Part shown: positions 1 to 9,406 of the stretch, in pieces
Layout of the letters: every line of letters starts with the position of its first letter
Numbering within the stretch: position 1 is the first letter of the stretch
Notes under the pieces: generated by a model
The model's input: only the letters and a program-made list of their open reading frames with translations
Database searches by the model: none
Told to the model about the DNA's origin: nothing
NCBI GenBank assembly: GCA_949288175.1
Contig: CASEIV010000012.1
Location: 15,616-79,615 of the forward strand
Direction: 5' to 3'
DNA length: 64,000 bases
Source of the DNA: an uncultured Eubacteriales bacterium
GTDB lineage: Bacteria; Bacillota; Clostridia; TANB77; CAG-508
Translations under genes and position numbers: made by a program

Positions 1-531
1 TTAATTCCTATAAAATATATGACGGAAGATAAAACGATTCAGATTCAGATAGAAACAAAAGTAGAAACAAAACCAATATTATATGGAAAAGCACCAAATT
101 CTAATTTACAAGATTATGCACTAACAGCATCAACTTATGAAGATGGAACAGGAGAGACACAAGATAATTATGGTAAAAATAAAACAAAATTAATCATTAT
201 AAAACAAGATAAAGAAACAGAAGAAAAATTGCAAGGGGTAGAATTTCAAGTTTTAGATGAAAATAAAAATGTGATTTACACAAATTTAGAAACAGATGAA
301 AATGGAAGAATAGAAGTGGAAAATCTAATTCCAGGGAAGTATTATATAAAAGAAACAAGAACAATTAGTGGTTATGAAATTTATGAAGATTTAATTGAAG
401 TAGATATAAATCTAAATGAAGAAATGACAGTAACAGTGAATAATCTAGAAGAGGAAAAACCAGAAATTCAAAAAACAACAGATAACAAAGAAGTGACAAG
501 TAAACGAATTTTACCAGTGACAGGGATGTAA
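1..531 (+). CDS. Cell-surface protein, C-terminal fragment (Cna-B/SpaA-type fold; ends LPVTGM). The 5' end lies outside the window.
   Basis: The frame is open from base 1. 'IPGKYYIKETRTISGYEI' is typical of Cna B / SpaA isopeptide domains. An LPxTG-like 'LPVTG' sits directly before the stop, with no hydrophobic tail or charged anchor. Confidence 0.55.
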   Translation, partial: LIPIKYMTEDKTIQIQIETKVETKPILYGKAPNSNLQDYALTASTYEDGTGETQDNYGKNKTKLIIIKQDKETEEKLQGVEFQVLDENKNVIYTNLETDENGRIEVENLIPGKYYIKETRTISGYEIYEDLIEVDINLNEEMTVTVNNLEEEKPEIQKTTDNKEVTSKRILPVTGM

Positions 532-534
532 TAT

Positions 535-567
535 AGAAAGGGAACTTTACAAGTTTCCTTTTTTATT
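535..567 (+). terminator. Rho-independent terminator hairpin (GGAACTTTACAAGTTTCC plus T-run)
   Basis: A perfect stem followed by TTTTTTATT, immediately after the stop codon. Confidence 0.6.
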
Positions 568-571
568 ACAG

Positions 572-798
572 ATCAGACGCAAAGGCTCGAAAGGTTACAT
601 ATATATCATTTTTCATACCTTGTGTGTCGCAACCACTGATGTTGAAAGATAGATTTTAAATAGTCTTAAATAAATTTAATCTTATCGAAAATCTATTTTC
701 AACGAAAGAAGGTTGCTCCAATCGCACTCGCTTTTGCTCGTTTAATCGCTTACGCGGTATTTCAAAATGATATATATGTAACCTTTCGAGCCTTTGAG
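572..798. repeat. Nested palindromic intergenic element, family A copy 1. Outer arms are GCAAAGGCTCGAAAGGTTACATATATATCATTT and its reverse complement; the inner core is conserved.
   Basis: The outer inverted repeat was read directly. The core CCTTGTGTGTCGCAACC...GGTTGCTCCAATCGCACTCGCTTTTGCTCGTTTAATCGCTTACGCGG recurs at 6591-6687 and at 45900-46060. Confidence 0.8.
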
Positions 799-930
799 TA
801 TGAATAGTAACTTTTTCTTTTGTAATTAAAGATTAAAATTTGAAAACTATTGAATAAAAAAATAAACTTTGATAGAATATACAAGAAAAGTATATAATAA
901 AAAAGAGAAACAAAAGGGAGCGTATATTTC

Positions 931-2256
931 ATGTTTTCACAATTAATTGTATTAGTGATATTGATTTTATTAAATGCCTATTTTGCGGCAAGTGAAATAG
1001 CATTTATATCTTTAAATGATGCCAAAATAGAAAAGCAAGCAAAAGAAGGAAACAAAAAAGCAAAACAAATAGAAAAAATGCTAAAAGAGCCAAGTAAATT
1101 TTTAGCAACCATACAAATTGGAATTACTCTTGCAGGATTTTTATCAAGTGCTTTTGCATCAGAAACGTTTGCAGATATGTTGGCACCAACCTTAAATAGT
1201 TGGATACCAGCAATCAGTATAAGCGTATGGAAAAGCATAGCTATCATTATTATAACGATTATATTATCTTTCTTTACATTAGTTTTTGGGGAATTGGTAC
1301 CAAAACGATTAGCAATGAAACATTATGAAAAGATAGCATTTGCGACGATTGGTGTCATTAGAGCGATTTCTATTGTTACAGCACCATTTGTAAAATTATT
1401 AACGGTTGTAACAAATGGCATATCAAGATTGTTTGGTGTTGGAGAAAATGAGGAAGAAACCGTCACAGAAGAAGAAATTAAAATGATGGTAAATCAAGGT
1501 GAAGAAAAAGGAACGATTGAAGAAGAGGAAAAAGAATTAATCAATAATGTTTTTGAATTTAATGATATTACAGTATCTGAAATTATGAGACATAGAAAAG
1601 ATATCTTTGCAGTAGATATTAGTATTAGTAATGAAGAATTGCTAGATGAACTATCACAAGAAGAATATAGACATAGTAGAATACCTGTATATGATGAAAC
1701 GATTGATGAAATCAAAGGAATTTTATATGTAAAGGATGTATTAAAAAATATTAAAAAGAAAAATTTTAAGGTAAAAAACTTGATAAAAGAAGCATATTTT
1801 GTGTCACAAAATCGTTTAATTAATGAGGTATTTAAGGAATTACAAAAAAACAAAATGCAAATAGCAATTGTTGTCGACGAATATGGCGGAACAGCAGGTT
1901 TAGTCACAATGGAAGATATACTAGAAGAATTGGTAGGAGACATATATGATGAATATGATGAAGAAGAGAAAGAGTATGAAAAAATAGATGACAATACGTA
2001 TATGCTAGCAGGAAGTTTACCAATTTATGATGTTAATAAATTGCTAGATGCAGAGATTCCAGAAGGAGATTATGATACACTATCAGGATTTTTACAAGAA
2101 GAACTAGGAAGAATACCTGAGGACGAAGAAAAACCAGTGATAGAAACGAAAAAAGTAACCTATAAAATAGAAGAATATGAAGATAAAAGAATATTAAAAG
2201 TAAAAGCATGTAAAAATAATGTTATAGAAACAGAAGAAGAAAAAAACGAAGAATAA
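931..2256 (+). CDS. HlyC/CorC-family transporter (DUF21/CNNM membrane domain, CBS pair, CorC_HlyC C-terminal domain)
   Basis: An N-terminal DUF21-like membrane segment, CBS-pair-like motifs in the middle, and a CorC/HlyC transporter-associated C-terminus. Confidence 0.75.
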   Translation: MFSQLIVLVILILLNAYFAASEIAFISLNDAKIEKQAKEGNKKAKQIEKMLKEPSKFLATIQIGITLAGFLSSAFASETFADMLAPTLNSWIPAISISVWKSIAIIIITIILSFFTLVFGELVPKRLAMKHYEKIAFATIGVIRAISIVTAPFVKLLTVVTNGISRLFGVGENEEETVTEEEIKMMVNQGEEKGTIEEEEKELINNVFEFNDITVSEIMRHRKDIFAVDISISNEELLDELSQEEYRHSRIPVYDETIDEIKGILYVKDVLKNIKKKNFKVKNLIKEAYFVSQNRLINEVFKELQKNKMQIAIVVDEYGGTAGLVTMEDILEELVGDIYDEYDEEEKEYEKIDDNTYMLAGSLPIYDVNKLLDAEIPEGDYDTLSGFLQEELGRIPEDEEKPVIETKKVTYKIEEYEDKRILKVKACKNNVIETEEEKNEE

Positions 2257-2264
2257 GGTAGGGA

Positions 2265-4010
2265 ATGAATATGAAGAAAAAATATATAGTCATGATAATC
2301 ATTGTTCTATTAACTATTATAGCAATTGCAGGTTATTTTATTTATAGACAAATTGAAAAAAATGGAAGAGAATATGAAATTGAAAAAATAGCTGTTCAAA
2401 ATTATGAATATTTTATTTTAAGACAAGATGGAAAATATGGTGTTATTAATAAAAATGGAGATATTGTGATTCATCCAGAATATACAAATGTGATTATACC
2501 AAATCCACAAAAAGCAGTTTTTGTATGTTATGATGAGAATAATAATACAAAAGTATTGAATCAAAATAATGAACAAATATTTTCAGAATATACACAATTA
2601 GAGCCAATTAAGTTAAAAAATATAGCAAGTGATTTAATGTATGAAAAAAATTTATTGACTTATGAACAAGATGAGAAACAAGGATTAATTAACTTAGAAG
2701 GAAAAGTAGTTGCAAAACCTATATATGAATCAATAGAAGGGTTACCATATAAAGAAGGGGAATTATTAGTAAAAATAGAAGGAAAATATGGTGTTGTTAA
2801 TAATAAAGGAAATTACTTAGTAGATTCAGATTATGATCAAATTGCAGTAGACAATTATACGACAGAAGAAGAAGGATATAAACATGCTGGATATATTGTT
2901 TCTAATACAACAGAAAATGGATATCGATATGGATATGTAGATGTGGATGGAAATGTTTTATTAGAACCTGAATATACAGAAGTTTCTAGGATAATTAATG
3001 TGAAAGATGATGATAATATTTATTTGGTTGTAGCACAAAATGGACAATACGGAATGATTAAAAATCAGGAACAAATCATAGAAAATGAATATCAATCGAT
3101 TTCTTATAATAGTGAAAGCAATACATTAACATTAGAAAAGACAAAACGATATGGAGTTGCAACTTTAGACGGAAAAATAGTTATACCAGTAGAATTTGCA
3201 CAAATTGATAGTACAGGAAAAAATATATATGCTACTGATGTAGATGGAAATGTGAAAGTATACCAAGAAGATGGAAATCCTGCTGAAATAGAAAGTAATG
3301 TATATATATTAGAAACAGGAAATGAAAATTATCAAATTAAAATAGATAATACACAAGGCTCAGTATATAGTATACTTAATAAAGATGGAGAACAAATAAC
3401 GACACAAAATTATTCATATATCAATTATTTATATGATAATTATTTTATTGTTTCAGTGACAGGTGGAAAAGTAGGTGTTATTAATGATAAAGAAGAGCCA
3501 ATTATAGAAATACAATATGATTCAATAGAAAAGGTAGAAGGAACAGATTATATTATCACAAGATTATCAGAAAATAGTTCAACACAATTGTATGATAAGA
3601 ATTTTAAACAATTATGTGAGATGACAAATGCGATTGTGCAAACAGAAGAAAATTACGTAAAAGTATACAATGACACAGAAACAAAATATTTCGACCTAGA
3701 AGGAAATGAAAAACAAAATACAGAGATATTATCTAATAATCAAATTCATGCAAAATCCCAAGATGGAAAATGGGGATTTGTCGATAAATCTGGAAATATA
3801 GTTGTAGATTATATATATGATAAAGCAACAGACCTAAATTCTTATGGATATGCAGGCATTAAATTAGATGGAAAATGGGGTGTTGTGAATAGCAATGGTG
3901 AAGTGATTGTAGAGCCAACATATACATTAAACGTACAAACAGAACCAGAATTTATAAAGGATTATTATAAAGTAGAATATGGATATGGAGAATTTTACTA
4001 TACAAAATAA
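2265..4010 (+). CDS. WG-repeat (KWG) containing membrane-anchored protein
   Basis: An N-terminal TM helix followed by many repeats of 'DGKYGVINKNG..', 'DGKWGFVDKSGN', 'DGKWGVVNSNGE'. Confidence 0.7.
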   Translation: MNMKKKYIVMIIIVLLTIIAIAGYFIYRQIEKNGREYEIEKIAVQNYEYFILRQDGKYGVINKNGDIVIHPEYTNVIIPNPQKAVFVCYDENNNTKVLNQNNEQIFSEYTQLEPIKLKNIASDLMYEKNLLTYEQDEKQGLINLEGKVVAKPIYESIEGLPYKEGELLVKIEGKYGVVNNKGNYLVDSDYDQIAVDNYTTEEEGYKHAGYIVSNTTENGYRYGYVDVDGNVLLEPEYTEVSRIINVKDDDNIYLVVAQNGQYGMIKNQEQIIENEYQSISYNSESNTLTLEKTKRYGVATLDGKIVIPVEFAQIDSTGKNIYATDVDGNVKVYQEDGNPAEIESNVYILETGNENYQIKIDNTQGSVYSILNKDGEQITTQNYSYINYLYDNYFIVSVTGGKVGVINDKEEPIIEIQYDSIEKVEGTDYIITRLSENSSTQLYDKNFKQLCEMTNAIVQTEENYVKVYNDTETKYFDLEGNEKQNTEILSNNQIHAKSQDGKWGFVDKSGNIVVDYIYDKATDLNSYGYAGIKLDGKWGVVNSNGEVIVEPTYTLNVQTEPEFIKDYYKVEYGYGEFYYTK

Positions 4011-4027
4011 TACCTTATTATCTAAGT

Positions 4028-4063
4028 CAAAAAATAGATTCAATTTTGAATCTATTTTTTTTG
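4028..4063 (+). terminator. Terminator hairpin (AAAAATAGATTCAATTTTGAATCTATTTTTTTT)
   Basis: A perfect inverted repeat plus T-run after the stop of the WG-repeat gene. Confidence 0.6.
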
Positions 4064-4110
4064 CATTATAAGTATTGAATAAGATGCTGTTTTTTCTCCC
4101 CTTTAAGATC

Positions 4111-4291
4111 AAGTGCTTGTATATTCATTTCTCATAAATTCCTCGGCTCAATACAAATTATAAAAAACTCTAAAATAATTTTATGGCACCCTTTCACGTC
4201 AAGCGCGAACATTTTCCATAAAATTATTTAAGAGTTTCTAATAATTCTCCAATCACATTCGTTATTTATTCGAAATGAATATACAAGCACC
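4111..4291. repeat. Nested palindromic element, family B copy 1
   Basis: The outer IR is AAGTGCTTGTATATTCATTTC / GAAATGAATATACAAGCAC. The inner part (AATTCCTCGGCTCAATACAAAT...AAATAATTTTATGGCACCCTTTCAC...GCGAACATTTTCCATAAAATTATTTAAGA) is homologous to 61395-61589. Confidence 0.8.
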
Positions 4292-4461
4292 TCAGCCTAA
4301 TGGAAAGAAAGAATAGCATCTTAAAAATTTAGATTATAATGTTTTAAAGATTATATAGATTAAAAATGCTTAAAAATTCTCGAAATAAACACGAAGATAC
4401 TTGATTAAAAAGATTCAAGATTGTCTATACTATATAAAATTAAAAGAGAAAAGGTGAAAAT

Positions 4462-5316
4462 GTGAAATTAGGAATTGCGTTATCAGGTGGAGGAATTAGA
4501 GGAATTGCACATGCGGGTGTTCTAAAAGCTTTAGAAGAAAACGGAATAAAAATAGAAGCCATAGGAGGGACCAGTTCAGGTGCATTAATTGCAGGTTTGT
4601 ATGTCTTAGGATATTCTCCAGAAGATATTTACCATTTATTTAAAATACATGCAAAAGATATTGTTGGTATAGGACAAAATCCTATATTTTCACGAATACA
4701 TCAGGTATTGAAAAAAGAAAATACCGGATTTAGAAGAGGAGAAGAGATAGAGAAAATTTTTAATAAATTGGCGAAAGATAAGGGAATAGAAACAATTTCT
4801 CAAATTACGAAAATGCCTATATCAATACCTACTGTTGATATAAAAGATGGAAAGGAATATATTTTTACCAATCATATTCCAAATGAAAAAAATCCATATA
4901 AAAAATATATAGGAGATATTTCTGTGGGAAGGGCATTAAGGGCAACAAGCAGTTTTCCAGCTGTATTTTGTCCATGTGATTTTAATGAACACAAATTTTT
5001 AGATGGAGGTGCATTAGATAATGTACCAGTAATAGAGGTAAAAAAACAAGGGATTGAAAAAGTATTAGCTGTTAATTTTAAAGCAGATGATATAACAGAA
5101 GAAAGTAATTATATGGATATAGCAATGAGAACAATTGATTTAATGGGAAACAAAATAGCAGAAGAGAATTTAAAACAAAGTGATTATATTCTAACAATAA
5201 GAACAGACAAAACCGGATTGTTAGATGTGAAAAAAATGGATAGCTGTTATCAATATGGATATGAAATAACTATGAAGGAGATAAATAAAATAAAAGAAAT
5301 AATCCAAGAAAAGTAG
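4462..5316 (+). CDS. Patatin-like phospholipase
   Basis: GGGIRG oxyanion motif, GTSSG (GxSxG) nucleophile, DGG catalytic Asp motif. Confidence 0.8.
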   Translation: MKLGIALSGGGIRGIAHAGVLKALEENGIKIEAIGGTSSGALIAGLYVLGYSPEDIYHLFKIHAKDIVGIGQNPIFSRIHQVLKKENTGFRRGEEIEKIFNKLAKDKGIETISQITKMPISIPTVDIKDGKEYIFTNHIPNEKNPYKKYIGDISVGRALRATSSFPAVFCPCDFNEHKFLDGGALDNVPVIEVKKQGIEKVLAVNFKADDITEESNYMDIAMRTIDLMGNKIAEENLKQSDYILTIRTDKTGLLDVKKMDSCYQYGYEITMKEINKIKEIIQEK

Positions 5317-5403
5317 CATAAAATAAGATGAGAGGTTTTTTAAATGAAGGTTGGAAAATGTATTTTTTCAACCATTTTGTATATTAAGAAAGGAAGAAGT
5401 AAA

Positions 5404-6552
5404 ATGAAGATAAGATATTTTGATAATGCAGCAACGACGAAGGTGAAAAAAGAAGTAGTGGATAAAATGTTTCCTTATTTTGTAGAATCCTATGGAAATC
5501 CATCATCATTATATACACTAGGAAGAACAGCAAAGGTAGGAATAGAAGAAGCAAGGAAACATGTTGCCAATTTAATCAATTGTGATAAAAATGAAATCTA
5601 TTTTACAAGTGGAGGAACCGAAAGTGATAATACAGCATTAAAAGGAATCATGCATGTAAGTAAAAACAAAGGAAAACATATGATAACTACAAAAATAGAA
5701 CATCATGCGATATTAAATAGTTGCAAAACACTAGAAGAACATGGATGTAAAGTAACCTATTTAAATGTAGATAAAGAAGGGATTATTAATTTAGAAGAAC
5801 TCGTAAATGCCATAACAAAAGATACAGTATTAATTAGTGTGATGTTTGCTAATAATGAAATTGGCTCTATCCAACCAATCAAAAAGATAGGAGAGATTGC
5901 AAAAGAAAAAGGAATTATTTTTCATACAGATGCCGTTCAGGCTTGTGGAAATGTAAAGATTGATGTTAAAGAAATGAATATTGATATGTTATCTTTATCA
6001 GGTCATAAAATAGGAGCACCTAAAGGAATAGGCGCACTATATGTCAATAAAAATATAGAATTTAAAAATTTAATCGATGGAGGACATCAAGAAAGAGATA
6101 AAAGAGCAGGAACTGAAAATGTACCTGGAATGATAGGATTAGGAGAAGCTTGTAAAATTGCGAAAAATAATATAGAACTCCATATAAATAAAATGAAAGA
6201 ATTGAGAGATTTTTATTTTTCTGAAGTGCAAAATCAGATTCCAGATATAAAAATCAATGGTTCTATGGAACATCGATTACCAGGAAATAGTAATATATCA
6301 TTTAAAGGAATCAATGGTAGTGAATTGCTAATGAAATTGGATGAGAAAGGAATTTGTGCATCTGCAGGAAGTGCTTGCTCTTCAGAAAGTAGTATGCCAT
6401 CACATGTATTAACTGCCATTGGACTCACAAGTGAATATGCAGAAGGAACTTTGAGAGTAACTTTTGGGGATGAAAATACCAAAGAAGATGTGGAATATTT
6501 AGTAGAAAATTTGACACAAATTGTAAAAGAAATAAGAAATAAAGATATATAG
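5404..6552 (+). CDS. nifS: Cysteine desulfurase (NifS/IscS family, class V aminotransferase)
   Basis: 'FDNAATT' N-terminus, the PLP-lysine region 'SLSGHKIGAPKGIGALY', and a conserved Cys loop 'SAGSACSS'. The start was chosen at MKIRYFDNAATT rather than the longer ORF. Confidence 0.8.
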   Translation: MKIRYFDNAATTKVKKEVVDKMFPYFVESYGNPSSLYTLGRTAKVGIEEARKHVANLINCDKNEIYFTSGGTESDNTALKGIMHVSKNKGKHMITTKIEHHAILNSCKTLEEHGCKVTYLNVDKEGIINLEELVNAITKDTVLISVMFANNEIGSIQPIKKIGEIAKEKGIIFHTDAVQACGNVKIDVKEMNIDMLSLSGHKIGAPKGIGALYVNKNIEFKNLIDGGHQERDKRAGTENVPGMIGLGEACKIAKNNIELHINKMKELRDFYFSEVQNQIPDIKINGSMEHRLPGNSNISFKGINGSELLMKLDEKGICASAGSACSSESSMPSHVLTAIGLTSEYAEGTLRVTFGDENTKEDVEYLVENLTQIVKEIRNKDI

Positions 6553-6555
6553 CGA

Positions 6556-6721
6556 TATGACAATTCAGCCTAAGATATATTCTTATTATTTTTCACACCT
6601 TGTGTGTCGCAATCTACCAAAAGAAAAAATATCGTAGATTGCTCCAATCGCACTCACTTTGTTCGCTTGGTCGCTTACGCGGTGTTTAAATAATAAGAAT
6701 ATATCTTAGGCTGAATTGTCA
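6556..6721. repeat. Nested palindromic element with a family-A core inside a different 34-bp perfect IR shell (TGACAATTCAGCCTAAGATATATTCTTATTATTT)
   Basis: The perfect outer IR was read directly. The core TTTTTCACACCTTGTGTGTCGCAA...TTGCTCCAATCGCACTCACTTTGTTCGCTTGGTCGCTTACGCGGTG matches copies 1 and 3. It lies between two convergent genes. Confidence 0.8.
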
Positions 6722-6760
6722 TAAAAATGTATATTATGATAGTAATAGTAAATTCTTAAA

Positions 6761-8368
6761 TTACGAAAAGTTAGCTTTTAAAATAGATAAACTTGTTTTA
6801 ATTCCATCAACAGCAGCAGACATGATACCTCCAGCATATCCTGCACCTTCTCCACAAGGATAAATTCCCTCTATATTAGATACAAATTTAGTATTTCTAG
6901 GAATCTTTACAGGTGAAGAGCTTCTGGTTTCAACACCAGTTAAGATACTATCAGGATGAGCAAATCCTTTTAGTTTTTTGTCAAAGTATAAGATTCCTTC
7001 TTTTAAAGTAGAAGAAACAAAGCTTGGAAGAATTTCATTTAAATTTGATAAGGTTGTTCCTGGCAAGTAAGAAGGAGTAACTAATCCAAGGGTAGAAGAT
7101 TTTTGATTATTTAAAAAGTCTTCTACTTTTTGAATAGGTGCATAATAATTAGAACCACCTAATATAAATGCTTTTTCTTCTAACTCTTTTTGAAAATAGA
7201 TACCAGCTAAAGGAGAAACATCTGTAAAATCCTCTGGCGTTACATTGACTAATAAAGCAGAATTGGCATTTTTACCATTTCTTAGATAGGTACTCATACC
7301 ATTTGTAACAATGGTATTTTTTTCACTAGAAGAGGCGATAACGGTTCCTCCAGGACACATACAAAATGTATAACAAGAACGACCATTTGGAGAATGATAT
7401 GCTAATTTATATTCAGCAGGAGGTAATTGCAATTTCGGATTTTCTCCATATTGTGCTTGATTAATCATTTCTTGAAGATGCTCAATTCGAACACCTACAG
7501 AAAAGTTTTTCTTTTCCATCATAATGCCATTTTGATACAGTAATTCAAAAGTATCTCTAGAACTATGACCAATTGCTAAAATTAAATGATTGGTAGTAAG
7601 TTCAAAATTGGTATTATCTTCTACATTTTTTAGTAATACCGAATATACTGTATTATTTTTGACAGTAAAATTAATAAATTTTGTATGAAAATAAAATTTA
7701 CCACCTTTTGATATGATATAGTTTCTCATATTTCTGATAATATCAATTAATTTATCTGTTCCGATATGTGGCTTAGATAAATATAAAATTTCTTTTGGTG
7801 CACCAAAATTGACAAATTCTTTTAAAACTTTTTGGCATAAAGGGTTATGAATGCCAGTTGTTAATTTTCCATCTGAAAATGTACCAGCACCACCTTCACC
7901 AAATTGCACATTTGAAAAAGGATTCAATTGTTTATCATGTAAAAAACAATCTACATCATGTTTTCTATCATCAACTGTTTTTCCTTGTTCAATAATAATA
8001 GGGGATATACCATGTTGTACAAGGGTTAAAGCAGAAAATAGTCCAGCAGGACCTGCTCCAACTATGACAGGAGAAGGACAAGCTTTTAAAGTATTTAAAA
8101 AACTTGTATGGATACGGTTATTTATATCTTTTTCAATATCTAGTATTTCCACTTTTGAAATATGAGGATATTTGTTTTCATCTTTTACTTGAATATCAAT
8201 CGTATAATTAAAAAATATATCATTTTTCTTTCTGGCATCAATGGATTTTTTAGAGATATTCCATTCTAGCATATCAGAAGGATGAATATGATATTTCTGA
8301 AGGACAAAGTCAATTAATTCTTTGTCAGATATATTTTTTCTAATTTTTATATTTTGAATTCTTAACAT
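6761..8368 (-). CDS. FAD-dependent oxidoreductase (COG2509-like 'FAD-dependent protein')
   Basis: GAGPAGLFSAL Rossmann dinucleotide motif. The start was set at MLRIQNIK because an AAGGAG RBS lies 8 nt upstream. Confidence 0.7.
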   Translation of the reverse strand: MLRIQNIKIRKNISDKELIDFVLQKYHIHPSDMLEWNISKKSIDARKKNDIFFNYTIDIQVKDENKYPHISKVEILDIEKDINNRIHTSFLNTLKACPSPVIVGAGPAGLFSALTLVQHGISPIIIEQGKTVDDRKHDVDCFLHDKQLNPFSNVQFGEGGAGTFSDGKLTTGIHNPLCQKVLKEFVNFGAPKEILYLSKPHIGTDKLIDIIRNMRNYIISKGGKFYFHTKFINFTVKNNTVYSVLLKNVEDNTNFELTTNHLILAIGHSSRDTFELLYQNGIMMEKKNFSVGVRIEHLQEMINQAQYGENPKLQLPPAEYKLAYHSPNGRSCYTFCMCPGGTVIASSSEKNTIVTNGMSTYLRNGKNANSALLVNVTPEDFTDVSPLAGIYFQKELEEKAFILGGSNYYAPIQKVEDFLNNQKSSTLGLVTPSYLPGTTLSNLNEILPSFVSSTLKEGILYFDKKLKGFAHPDSILTGVETRSSSPVKIPRNTKFVSNIEGIYPCGEGAGYAGGIMSAAVDGIKTSLSILKANFS

Positions 8369-8592
8369 GTAAAACTCCTTATATTTGTATGTTTTTAACA
8401 AATTAATTATATAATAGGAAAGACGAATAATCAAGTTATCAAAATTCTGAAACTGAAAATGAAAAGTATTTACAAACCAAGCAAAATAGTATAAAATAGT
8501 AAAAATAAAAGCAAATATGCAAGAATAATATGCTGAAAATGATTTAACAAATTTTCAGCATTGGAAAATAAAAAATAAGAAAGAAGAAGCAG

Positions 8593-9285
8593 ATGGAAGA
8601 ATGGAAATCAAGAACAGAATTATTAATTGGGAAAGATAACATACAAAAGTTAGCGAATAGCAAAGTAATTGTATATGGAATAGGTGGCGTAGGCTCATTT
8701 GTAGTAGAAGGATTGGTAAGAGCAGGAATCGAACATATCATTTTGGTAGACAATGATGTGATTGCTCCTAGCAATTTAAATAGACAAGTCCATGCGACCA
8801 TTTCGAATATAGGAAAATTAAAAGTAGATTGTATGAAAGAGAGAATTTTATCCATCAATCCTAAAGTAAATGTAGAAACGTATATATCACAAAACATAGA
8901 AAATGGAGAAGAACTGTTAATAGATGATACCATAGATTATGTGGTAGATGCAGTAGACACGATTACAACAAAATTAAAATTAGTTCAAAGAGCAAAAGAG
9001 GAACAAGTTCCGATTATTTCTTGTATGGGAACAGGAAATAAATTAGACCCAACCAAATTTGAGATAGCGGATATTTATAAAACCTCAGTATGTCCACTAG
9101 CAAAAGTCATGAGAAAAGAATTAAAGAAAAGGGGCATACAGGAGTTAAAAGTTTTATATTCCAAAGAAGAACCAATCAAACATGATATGGAATCTAGAAC
9201 ACCTGCTAGTATATCTTTCGTTCCATCTGTTGCAGGGATGATGATAGCGGGAGAAGTGATTAAAGATATTATAAAAAACAAATAA
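8593..9285 (+). CDS. tcdA: tRNA threonylcarbamoyladenosine dehydratase (ThiF/MoeB-family E1-like, TcdA/CsdL)
   Basis: 'YGIGGVGS' nucleotide-binding motif, size about 230 aa, and overall similarity to YgdL/TcdA. Confidence 0.7.
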   Translation: MEEWKSRTELLIGKDNIQKLANSKVIVYGIGGVGSFVVEGLVRAGIEHIILVDNDVIAPSNLNRQVHATISNIGKLKVDCMKERILSINPKVNVETYISQNIENGEELLIDDTIDYVVDAVDTITTKLKLVQRAKEEQVPIISCMGTGNKLDPTKFEIADIYKTSVCPLAKVMRKELKKRGIQELKVLYSKEEPIKHDMESRTPASISFVPSVAGMMIAGEVIKDIIKNK

Positions 9286-9291
9286 AGCATT

Positions 9292-9335
9292 TAGAAACAT
9301 TTTATAATGTCTAAATGTTTTTTTGTTAAATAGGA
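9292..9335 (+). terminator. Terminator hairpin CATTTAGAAACATT..AATGTCTAAATG plus T-run
   Basis: An inverted repeat followed by TTTTTTTG. Confidence 0.55.
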
Positions 9336-9406
9336 AAGAGTAATTTTTCCTATTTAACAAAAAAATAATGTTACACAGAAAAATCAATTAAAGGAGATTT
9401 TGAAAA

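Noticed and set aside
572-798. Family A core as a small protein-coding gene
   Set aside because: A single-nucleotide indel between copies 1 and 2 within the conserved 3' half breaks every reading frame. Conservation is at the nucleotide level, not the peptide level.
978-1994. Antisense ORFs inside the hlyC/CorC gene (978-1247 minus, 1494-1994 minus)
   Set aside because: They are low-complexity S/I/F-rich translations lying wholly inside a well-supported gene on the other strand. The same applies to the other short minus/plus ORFs nested in nifS, aspS, smc, the Ca-ATPase, rodA and others.
4462-5316. Patatin-like phospholipase as a CBASS or defence effector
   Set aside because: No CD-NTase/cyclase, HORMA/TRIP13 or other defence partner is adjacent. 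The neighbours are a WG-repeat protein and nifS, so it is most likely a housekeeping RssA-like lipase.
9154-9387. 77-aa minus-strand ORF between tcdA and the LysR gene
   Set aside because: It overlaps the tcdA 3' end and the terminator hairpins, and it is of low complexity.
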